From Terriglobia bacterium (GTDB lineage Bacteria > Acidobacteriota > UBA6911): 64,000 bases of DNA. Within the stretch, counting starts at the first letter, position 1; every line of letters begins with the position of its first letter. Made by a program: the position numbers and the translations under genes. Positions 29,201-37,067 of this stretch are shown piece by piece. The stretch spans positions 264,822 to 328,821 of the forward strand of contig CAWGRQ010000024.1 in the NCBI GenBank assembly GCA_963824985.1, in the 5' to 3' direction. The notes below the pieces were generated by a model. It searched no databases. It was not told the DNA's origin and saw nothing but the letters and a program-made list of their open reading frames with translations.

Positions 29201-29873
29201 CTTCAACCCAAACGGGCAGGACCTGCCGCTTTCGATGCTGGCTCAATATCTCAAACCCGGGGATGGCAGCCTCTGGGCTTTCTATGAAGCCGAGCTGAAA
29301 ATGTTCCTGACCCCGTCGGAGAATCAGTGGGCCGCGTCAACATTGATCGGCGCCCAGGTCGATTTCGCGCCCGGATTTCTCGAGTTTCTGGGACGGGCCA
29401 ATGCCGTGCGTCAGGCCTTGTATGGATCGGGAGGAGCGGACCCGACCATAACCTTCGACCTCACTCCGGAACCGACTCCCGGAATGACGGAAAGCCTGCT
29501 CGATATCGACGGCCAGAAACTCCTGTATCGCAATGAGCGCGCGCTGCCGCAGCCCTTCACCTGGCCGGGTAAATCCGGGTCTCCCCAGGCGAAAATCTCG
29601 ATTTCCATCACCAGCTCGGGCGAGCGCCCCGGCATTCCCACCATCGATGGGGAGTGGGCCTTTTTCCGGCTGCTGGGCCGCGCCAGCGTCGCGCCGCAGT
29701 CGCAGACCGCCTATGGCGTGACGTGGTCGCTGCCAGGCGCCGATGGCCGGAAATTCGATGTCCGTTACCGGCTGCAGGCGAGAAATGTGCAGAATCCGTT
29801 CCTGCCCCAATTCTTCAGCCGGGTCCGGTGCCCGGAGAAGGTGACCCAGTTGCCGTCTTTGTCCCGCTATTAG
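26262..29873 (+). CDS. tssM: Type VI secretion system membrane subunit TssM (IcmF family)
   Basis: 1203 aa. Three N-terminal TM segments. Walker A LGPDESGKTS after LYTLPWILM. Long IcmF-related periplasmic region. Canonical size and position after tssL. Confidence 0.85.
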   Translation: MNPNPQQTPPLPPRPASVTKLFAIASICLAVATAGLWAVDNFLGRDTFKIVLMILLVFLGALIIFWLVLWLFRKLFSAAAASRERRLEEQAAARRQGASPEERAELDGLQEQLNVAVRVLRDSKLAKGKKGDEVLYTLPWILMLGPDESGKTSALRECGVDFPYTTAEGRKPTRGPAPGCDYWFSRGAVMLDLAGRIGAGEEGSETFQGFLDQLKRARKERPLNGVVVTISIADLLHQPADEVERLANRLRHRFDEMIKRLGIRFPIYVLFTKCDQVEGFREFFGNLRSRDRSQVWGATISHAQRKRLSAAQIFSQEYDRLVAELSTYRLPLLASEKNPQNQPLIYTFPTRMAALRERLTSFMSVLLQPTPYSERPMFRGFYMASAAGGPPAEAPVREVPQQWEPGRRFEAEADQPKTAARSYFLETLFPQIFFADRSLATASVDTRLRRRLWLDIAFIGTLALCLTLLVGMIFSFMENRALIEHVRLASLHLADAGWDGRRTTDLMAMEDLHQKVEELDRYQTEGPRWALGWGLYSGNAVNPAARRIYFRRLRDTFVAPTAEVLRRKLNGFASGADSAAAYDDFYTTLKAYLMMTEPQRAEESFLNNALGAPWKGIAARDAEEVALKQLRFYARQLPKNQPELQLTQDADLVARARRALSQFPALVRMYTRLKNEGNAKLPPYTLAIATGGKSLDYMNSSFDVPGVFTEAGWRTYFKNAVAQASQEVIKDDWVLGPTYAYAPSGGISDADYANKILDMYYAEYSDVWSRFLEGVSVRSLADLTEARGALDSFSQQDSALSRLLMNVGAQTMLRRNPEQGGSVTDMVSGALATLGLSTRVNREDLVTAIADQFAPLHDMITSPDGKSPALSAQYVEVIGRIHSKLEALFGAGTQWEQVKAYVGMIATNISGDEFHDGFRVTSRVTQMCRTRSTQPIGSLLEQPLRQSWAAILRDVGYRLDGLWKTRIAETYRRDVESRFPFNPNGQDLPLSMLAQYLKPGDGSLWAFYEAELKMFLTPSENQWAASTLIGAQVDFAPGFLEFLGRANAVRQALYGSGGADPTITFDLTPEPTPGMTESLLDIDGQKLLYRNERALPQPFTWPGKSGSPQAKISISITSSGERPGIPTIDGEWAFFRLLGRASVAPQSQTAYGVTWSLPGADGRKFDVRYRLQARNVQNPFLPQFFSRVRCPEKVTQLPSLSRY

Positions 29874-30034
29874 CCTTCTCGATTCATGAAGGGAGGATTG
29901 CGCCCACCGGCTCCCGCTCCTGCTCGGTCAGGCAAAGCGATTGAATGATGGATGGGCGAAATAAACTGCCTGACTGCAGCCGCCTTCCCCGGCACGGCAA
30001 CCTGCATGCAGTCCTCTCCCCTGTTTTGGAGTGC

Positions 30035-30088
30035 GTAAATCCGTTTCTGCCTCAGTTCTTCAGCCGGGTCCGCTGCCCGGAAAAGAGA
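30035..30088 (+). other. Relic of a second tssM 3' end (48-bp paralogous patch)
   Basis: aatccgtttctgcctcagttcttcagccgggtccgctgcccggaaaag matches 29795-29842 (codons NPFLPQFFSRVRCPEK of tssM). There are 5 differences, all at synonymous third positions. Confidence 0.6.
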
Positions 30089-30096
30089 GCATGGCG

Positions 30097-30147
30097 CCTG
30101 GTTATACTGTCCACACACCACTATGGTATTGGGGCAGTATAACCAGG
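30097..30147. repeat. IR-bounded small repeat element, copy 1 (CCTGGTTATACTGTCC...GGGCAGTATAACCAGG)
   Basis: Terminal inverted repeats of 16 nt (1 mismatch). Same termini as elements at 41752-41793 and 59663-59742. Confidence 0.6.
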
Positions 30148-30242
30148 TAACCGTTCACACGCCGGAGAGTTCCTGCCTCTTCCCGCGCCCGATCCGGCAG
30201 CCGTTATGCGGGTTTTCCGCCGGCTGCTGCGTGACCGTCTAC

Positions 30243-30291
30243 GCCGGGCCAAACTCCTCTCCGAGAGCTTCATGCACAATCTTCTCTCGTG
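30243..30291 (+). repeat. 49-bp dispersed repeat, copy A (inverted partner at 63614-63662)
   Basis: ccgggccaaactcctctccgagagcttcatgcacaatcttctctcgtgg matches the reverse complement of 63614-63662 at 45 of 49 positions. Confidence 0.6.
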
Positions 30292-30459
30292 GATTGAAAC
30301 AGCGACGCTTCGCCGGTGAGGGGCAGTCCCGGGCTGATGAAGGACAGCACCTGGTTTTTACATGATTCCAGATGATTTCAACCCCACCTGGTGCTATTCT
30401 GCGCACTCCAAGAAAAGGTGATTCACAATCTATATTTCACGTGCCTCCTCGGAGACGGT

Positions 30460-33400
30460 ATGAAAATGTGTCAACGCGGGTCGCGGTGGGGCGGCTGGAA
30501 GCGGGTCGTCCGTATCGCATATGTTTCGGTTCTCTCGCTCATCCCATTCTCAATGTTGGCGTGGCAGGAAACCACGCGGCCGAGCCTGCCGCCTGGCGCG
30601 GCTGTGTCGCTGCCGTTCAGCGGACCGGGCTGGCAGGAAAAGGTTCTGACGTATGAGGGCTACGTCAGCTCCGCCGAAAGAGCTCGCCGATGCCGTGTTG
30701 GCGCCGCGGGAAGCCAACATCACACTCAGCAACCCGAGTCCCGACAAAAAGTGGTTCCTCGATGAGATCGGCGACGGTCCCACGCCGATGTCGATCTTCG
30801 GGCGACCCTTCGATGAGTTGGGCGGCGTGTTCATCGACTTCAAGGCCAACCGGCTGCGCTCGATGACGCTGCGCAATACGATAGGCATCCAGATTATCTT
30901 GGCCGCCGATGGATCAAAAAAGGTCATCGCAACGCCGCCGAATACCCGGGTGACCGGCGCGCGCTGGACGCCGGACGGCACGGGTGTCGCCTACATGTCG
31001 CTCGGCGACGACTCGACGCACGTTTGGATCACCGACATCGCGACCAACAAAGCGCGCCAGGTGACGAAGGCGTCGCTCGTGACGACCTCCGTGACGAATT
31101 TCGCTTTCGTGAACGGCGGCAAACAGATCGTCGCGACATTTGCGCCCGATGGCCGTAAGCCGCGGCCGGTGCCGCCCCCGGTGCCGCCTCGGGCCCGAGG
31201 TTCGCACGGCGCTCACCGGTGAGAAGGAGCGCGTGCGGACATTCCCGAGTCTGATGTCCACGCCCTACGACTTCCAACTGCTCGAGTGGCACGCGACGAC
31301 TCAGATCGCGATCGTCGACGTCGCCACCGGCGTCGCGACCAGGTTCGGCACGCCCGGCATGATCACGGCCGTCGACATGTCCCCGGACGGGAAATTCGCG
31401 TCGTGTGACGCGCATGACGAAGCCGTTCGCATACACGGTGCCCGCCAACAGTTTCGGATCGATCGAAGAATTGTGGGACAGCACGGGAAAGGCGCTCGCG
31501 AAGATCAATGAGCGGCCGATCAATCTTGGGGCGGTGCCCGACAACCTGGATCCGCTCGCGCCGCAGCCTGATCCCGCGGCGCAGGCGCCGGGAGGCGGCC
31601 GGGGCAACGCCGCCGCCGACAACGGCAAACGCGAGCTCGCGTGGCGGACCGACGGCCAGGGCATGAACTACCTGCAGCTTGAACCACTCCCACCTGGCGT
31701 CCGAAACGCGGCCGGGCGGGGAGGTCGCAACGCCGCTGCGCGGGACGGGGCCGGAACCGGAGGACGCGGCACAACCGCTCAGACCGGCAACCGCGGCGTA
31801 ACGGGCGCGCGCACAGCAACCCGCCGCGCCGCCGCGCAAAGACCGGCTCATGCAGTGGATGCCGCCGTTCAGCGACACCAGCATGAAGCTGCTCTACGAG
31901 AACCCGACGCGCATGACCGGCGTGCGCTTCTCGCCTGATGGACAGATTATTTTCTTCTACCGAGAACAACGCCACGGTGGCCGTGTACTCTGAGCGACAC
32001 CGGCGCAGAAGTACACGATCGTGCGCGGCGGCGGTGGAGCTCGTGGCGGCAACGCCGCTCCTGCTGATCCCGCGGTGACTCCGCCGGCCGATCCGACAGC
32101 CGCGCCACAGGGCCGAGGCGGGGCCGCTCCTAATCCGGGAGGCACGCTCGTCGGCGTCCGTGGCGCTGGCGCCGGCGGCGGTGGTGGCACCGCGGCGGTG
32201 GCGGCGGCGGCCGTGGCGGTGGCGGCGGCGCTGCGGGCCCGGTGCTGCTCTCGGACAGACGGCACGAGCGTGTTTCTGCAGGGCTCGACCGGCGGTGGCC
32301 GCGGAACGAACAATGCGCCGGCAACGCAATGCGCCGGCGAATCCGCCCGCGCGCCAATGCACCCGCGGCCAGTACGCCCGCGGCCGTCGCGTGGGTCGAC
32401 AAGGTCAATATCAAGACCGGCGAGAAAACCCGCGTCTTCCAGGGCGAGAACACGGACTTGGTCGAGCGCATCTCGATGATTCTCGATCCCGAAACCAAGC
32501 GATTCATCCTCACGAAGGAGAATGCAAAGACGCCGCCGCAGCAATTCCTGTACGAGAATGGCACGCGCAAGCAGCTCACGAACAACGAGGATCTGTTCCC
32601 GGACCTCACGAGGATGGTCGTGCAGCGTTTCACCGTGAAGCGGGCGGATGGGTTCATCTTCCGGACGACGGTCAGTTTGCCGAGCGACTACAAGCCCGGC
32701 AAGCGGCTGCCGGCGTTCTTCTGGTTCTATCCGGCGGAGTTCACTTCGCAGGAAGCTTACAACAGCGGACGCGGCGGTGACGCCGGCGCTACCGGCGGCA
32801 CCACGTTCCCGAATTTCGGGACGCTCTCGAAACAGTTCCTCGTCCGGTTGGGTTCGCGGTCGTCGAAAATGACGCACCCATCGTCGGTCCGCAGGGCCAG
32901 ATGAACAACAACTACGTGAACGATCTGCGGAATGACCTGTCGGCGACGATCGACGAGCTGGACAAGCGCGGACTGATCGACCGCGAGAAACTGGCGATTG
33001 GCGGGCACAGCTATGGCGCGTTCTCGACGGTGAATGCGATGGTCAACACGCCATTCTTCAAGGCCGGCATCGCCGGCGACGGCGCGTACAACCGGACTCT
33101 GACGCCGAATGGCTTCCAGAGCGAGCGCCGGGATCTGTGGGAAGCGCCGAACGTCTACCTCGACATGTCGCCGTTCCTCAGAGCCAACCAACTCACTGGC
33201 GCGTTGTTGATGTATCACGGCATGCACGATCAGAACGTCGGTACAGATCCGATCAACTCGCTGCGGCTGTTCCACGCGTTGAACGGCCTGGGCAAGATCA
33301 CGGCGCTCTACCGTTATCCGTTCGAGGATCACGGCCCGGCGGCGCGTGAGACCCTGCTCGACCTTTGGTCACGCTGGGCCGCGTGGCTCGACAAGTACGT

Positions 33401-33539
33401 TAAAAATCCGGAGCCGGAAGACCAAGCCCAAACCCACCTCAGGGCGCGGCGGCGGCGGACGGTAAACGGTTTTGGGCGGATCCAACTTCCGATCCGCCGC
33501 CTCCTCATGGGCGGGATCTCCACGATCCCGCCCATTTAA
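30460..33539 (+). pseudogene. S9-family (prolyl oligopeptidase/DPP-type) serine peptidase with TolB-like beta-propeller, disrupted by at least 4 frameshifts
   Basis: Pieces lie in frames of ORFs 30391, 30653, 31140, 31405, 32242 and 32901. N-terminal signal peptide, WD-like propeller (RWTPDGTGVAYMS), catalytic GGHSYGAF (GxSxG), LLMYHGMHDQNVG. Paralog of the intact gene at 49914-52097 and shares its Gly/Arg-rich insert. One shift is a G-run deletion at about 32840. Confidence 0.6.
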
Positions 33540-33551
33540 GCGAAAAGGGGG

Positions 33552-33593
33552 CAAAGCCTGGAAAGCCTGGACAAAGCCTGGAAATCCTGGACA
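33552..33593. repeat. Left terminus of IS/REPtron-like element: tandem (A)AAGCCTGGA units ending in 16-bp IR CCTGGAAATCCTGGAC (33577-33592)
   Basis: Tandem roughly 10-bp units caaagcctgg / aaagcctgga / aaatcctgga. The perfect reverse complement gtccaggatttccagg sits at 35091-35106. Confidence 0.6.
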
Positions 33594-33665
33594 CCCATTT
33601 TTTGTAATTTTTTCTTGGCACTTTCCATGAGTTCACCAGTTAGATAGTATTGAAAGAGGTGAACC

Positions 33666-34816
33666 ATGGCTTTGCCGCGCAGCAAATACGTCCAGGAAGG
33701 ACAAGAAGGGGTGTATCACTGCTTCAGCCGGTGCGTCCGCCGGGCTTTCCTGTACGGATTCGATCCGCTCACACGCCGGGACTTCTCCCACCGCAAAGCA
33801 TGGCTGGTAGACAGGTTGCGGCTATCTCGCGGCCATCTTCGCCATCGAAGTCTGTGCCTACGCCATTATGGAGAATCACTATCACACTATTCTGCGTACT
33901 CGCCCCGATATCGTCGCCCTGTGGTCCGATCGGGAAGTGGCAATCCGCTGGCTGACACTCTTCCCCCGACATCGCAACCTGAGCGGCACCCCAATTCCGC
34001 CTGCCGAGAAAGAAATCTGCGCTCTGGCGGATTGTCCGGAACGTATCGCAGAGCTGCGCCGACGCTTGTCGAGCCTGAGTTGGTTCATGGGCCGGCTGAA
34101 CGAATTCATCGCTCGGGCGGCAAACAAAGAGGATCGGGTCAAGGGCCGGTTCTGGGAATCGCGGTTCAAATGCCAGGCGCTGCTCGACGAAGCGGCCATC
34201 GCCGCATGCATGGTCTATGTGGACCTGAATCCGATCCGGGCCGGTACTGGCTGCAACTCCGGAGGAAAGCGACTTCACCAGCATCCAGGAACGGATCCGT
34301 GCCTGGCAGAAAGAGACGATGACGACAGCCTCCGCCTCCAGCGAGACGGCCCAAGACATGCAGTCTGGCTCGGTCAGTAAAGTTACGCAATACCGCGAAA
34401 TACGGCCGAAATTTCGAACCTCATTCCCGACCCCATTTCCGACTGCGGCGAATTCCCTTGATGCTACAGCCCATCCCGCCCGCTGGCTTTGTCCCATTCA
34501 ATCAGACTCCGAACGGCGCGGGATTCTGCAGATGACTGCAGCCGAGTATTTCGATCTGGTGGACAAGTCGGGACGGATGATGCGGTCGGACAAACGGGGA
34601 GCCATCGATGCCGATCTGGCGCCCATCCTGCTGCGGATCGGCGCCAATCCGGACGCGTGGCTTGATACCGTCACCCGCTTCGGTTCCAGGTTCCGTCTCG
34701 CTGCCGGGCTGCTTGCCAATCTGCGCAATTTTGCAGATCAGCTCGGCAGGCGCTGGCTCAAAGGCGCAGCAGCGGCTCGAGCCGCCTTCGCGTCATCGCC
34801 GCCGCAATTGGCCTGA
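33666..34816 (+). pseudogene. COG1943 / IS200-IS605-like Y1 (HUH) transposase-like gene (RAYT-like), two frameshifts
   Basis: HuH-type motif VCAYAIMENHYHTIL, then FWESRFKCQALLDEAAIAACMVYVDLNPIRAG. Reading shifts near 33830 and 34245 across the frames of ORFs 33666, 33868 and 34319. Low-GC promoter and gaaagaggtg SD upstream. Confidence 0.55.
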
Positions 34817-35090
34817 CCTCTTACGCGCCCAGCAGCCAATCCTCTGCAGACCCGATGCTATCTTCTGACCGCATCGATCCCTTCCAGCAGCATTTGGTAT
34901 TTTCCTACCCGTGACCGTCCTATTGCCCTGATTCCTGCCGACTTGTTTCACCCAACGGTCAGATTCGTCTCCTCCATCCCAGATCGGCGCTTCCCCACGG
35001 AAACTCAGATTCGGATTGGATACAAATGATGAATGCTGGGTGTTTAAGATTGTTGATTTATTTGAGATTTGCAAATTACGAATGGTGGGT

Positions 35091-35133
35091 GTCCAGGATT
35101 TCCAGGATTTTTCCAGGATTTTTCTTCCAGGAG
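35091..35133. repeat. Right terminus of IS/REPtron-like element: gtccaggatttccagg (35091-35106) plus tandem ttccaggattttt units
   Basis: Perfect 16-bp inverted partner of 33577-33592. The tandem copies are a mirror image of the left end. Confidence 0.6.
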
Positions 35134-35240
35134 GCTGCCCAGGATCGCCGGTCCCGGTCCGGAATGCCGATATCCATTTTAGCCAAGAGGTAAGCGCCGT
35201 CAGTCCCAATGCCCCGTTTTGGAATGAAGGGCATGCACTG

Positions 35241-36731
35241 TTACAGGATTTCGATCTGACGTTCCAATGTGCAGATACGATTGCTGATCGTGTCGGTGAT
35301 GCGCACCGCGATCCGGTATTTTCCCGGCGCCAGGCTGGAGAGCGGGATGGCTTTGCTGATGGCGATGCTGTGGCCCTCCGGGAACTGATGCTCCAATTCC
35401 GGGCCGACCGGGAACCTGGTGCCGTCCGGAGCTTCCAGCAGATAGGAAGTCTCCACATTCGGTTTGCCCGTCGTGGTGTCCAGATCGAGATCGTACACTT
35501 CCAGATAAAGTCCGAGGCTGTATTTGCGCGGATAGGCGGCCTTCAGGTTGGGAACCACCTTCAGAGGTCCAAGAACGAACTCTTCGCCACGGCTTTTTGG
35601 GGGGGCCAGCTGGATGACATCCGCGCAGATCAACGAACTAGTATTGAGCGCTCCCTCTACATAGGGTGGAATCCAAAAACTCGACTCCTGGGTGCCCATC
35701 CTTCCGGAATTCACATTCTTGACCAGCAGAACCAGCTTGTACCGCCCGGCCGGCAACGGAATGACCGTCTGGTGATACGTGCGTTGCTTCAAGAGATCCG
35801 GCAGGGTGAAATTCCCGGATGACGATTTGAAGCTGTCGTCGAGCTGATACACTATCTCCCCGCTGAGATTCGAAATAGCGGCGTATATCTGGATCTCCGA
35901 TTCGAAGAAACCATCTTTTCCCAAATACATGAGCTGGTCGTTGGGAACGGTTACGGTGAGGGGAACCGCGTACAGATCCGGGGTCATCCGGATAAAGGCA
36001 GTGCTCGATTCGAAGGAGAGAGTGCTATAGGTGACCTTTACGCGGACATCCTCTCTTAACTGCGGAAATTGGAGCACCGGCGGGGCCTGCAGCTTGGACC
36101 ACACGGTGAGGCGTTCGAATGGCATCTCCTTGGCACGGGGGGTCACGCGCTGCAGCGGCTGCTCGCCGCGAGCCCAGTAAAATACGTCCTTCTTATTGGC
36201 GTCCGTTTCGAGGACGTAGAGACCCGTTCCGGAGCGATCGACAAACTCGATCGTGATGTCCTGCCCGATACCCGGGATAGAATCGTATTCCCAGGTCTCA
36301 AAGGCATAGGTGGTGATGGTATCGCCGCCCATGTTGGCCGGCTTCGTGTAGCGGCCTCCCATGGGGCGCGCGTCGCGGCGGTTCGGCGGGCCGTAAAGGA
36401 TATAGATGCGCCCGCGATCACTTTTCCATCCCGAGATTCCGGCATGAAAGTACTCATTGGCGTAAGCCACGCGCCGCGAGACCTCTTCACGGAATGCGCC
36501 CGGCCGACCCATTCCTGCGTCTCGCCGTCTCCAGAAATCTTCCATGAAACGCTCCCGTTCCTCTTCGGTCGTGAGGCGCTGGTACACCTGGCGCTCTTGC
36601 TCGGTGATGAAGTACTGAACCTCAGTCTGAAGCCACTCCCTCGCCTTTTCGGCCGGGGCCGGCTTCTGCTGTGCGGCTGCAGAGAGAAGGAGTGAGACGA
36701 GGATGATCGCGGAAGCGGTGAATCGGAAAAA
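35241..36731 (-). CDS. GWxTD-domain secreted protein (Acidobacteria-type)
   Basis: Signal peptide MFFRFTASAIILVSLLLSAAAQQ. GWxTD motif GISGWKSDRGRIYILYGPP. Roughly 500 aa. Confidence 0.7.
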   Translation of the reverse strand, partial: FFRFTASAIILVSLLLSAAAQQKPAPAEKAREWLQTEVQYFITEQERQVYQRLTTEEERERFMEDFWRRRDAGMGRPGAFREEVSRRVAYANEYFHAGISGWKSDRGRIYILYGPPNRRDARPMGGRYTKPANMGGDTITTYAFETWEYDSIPGIGQDITIEFVDRSGTGLYVLETDANKKDVFYWARGEQPLQRVTPRAKEMPFERLTVWSKLQAPPVLQFPQLREDVRVKVTYSTLSFESSTAFIRMTPDLYAVPLTVTVPNDQLMYLGKDGFFESEIQIYAAISNLSGEIVYQLDDSFKSSSGNFTLPDLLKQRTYHQTVIPLPAGRYKLVLLVKNVNSGRMGTQESSFWIPPYVEGALNTSSLICADVIQLAPPKSRGEEFVLGPLKVVPNLKAAYPRKYSLGLYLEVYDLDLDTTTGKPNVETSYLLEAPDGTRFPVGPELEHQFPEGHSIAISKAIPLSSLAPGKYRIAVRITDTISNRICTLERQIEIL

Positions 36732-37067
36732 CATCGAAAATCTCTGCCCTGACCCGTGCTTCGGAGCACTCAATCTTGCCGGTACCGCTCTCGAGGACCG
36801 ACACATGACATCAGAGCCTGCTCCGAAAATAGGCTCTGCACTCACCGACAATCGGGGTCGGCATCGGAATCGGGGTCGCTATCGATATCGAAACCGGGAC
36901 CGACCCCGATTCCGATAGCGATCCCGACGGCATCTCCCCTGCTGCCAGTCTTTTTCATGCGTCACCGGGTGCGCCACGGCGCATGAGGAGCTGCTGCTCC
37001 AAGGAAAGTGTGGCGCGGGGGCCTGTTCCCCCGCGCCACTGCGTCTGAGCATAGTACAGCAATTCCG

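Noticed and set aside
31520-32877. Long minus-strand ORFs (280 and 306 aa) in the 31.5-32.9 kb region
   Set aside because: Antisense to S9 pseudogene pieces in an extremely GC-rich, low-complexity stretch. Poly-Arg/Ala composition.
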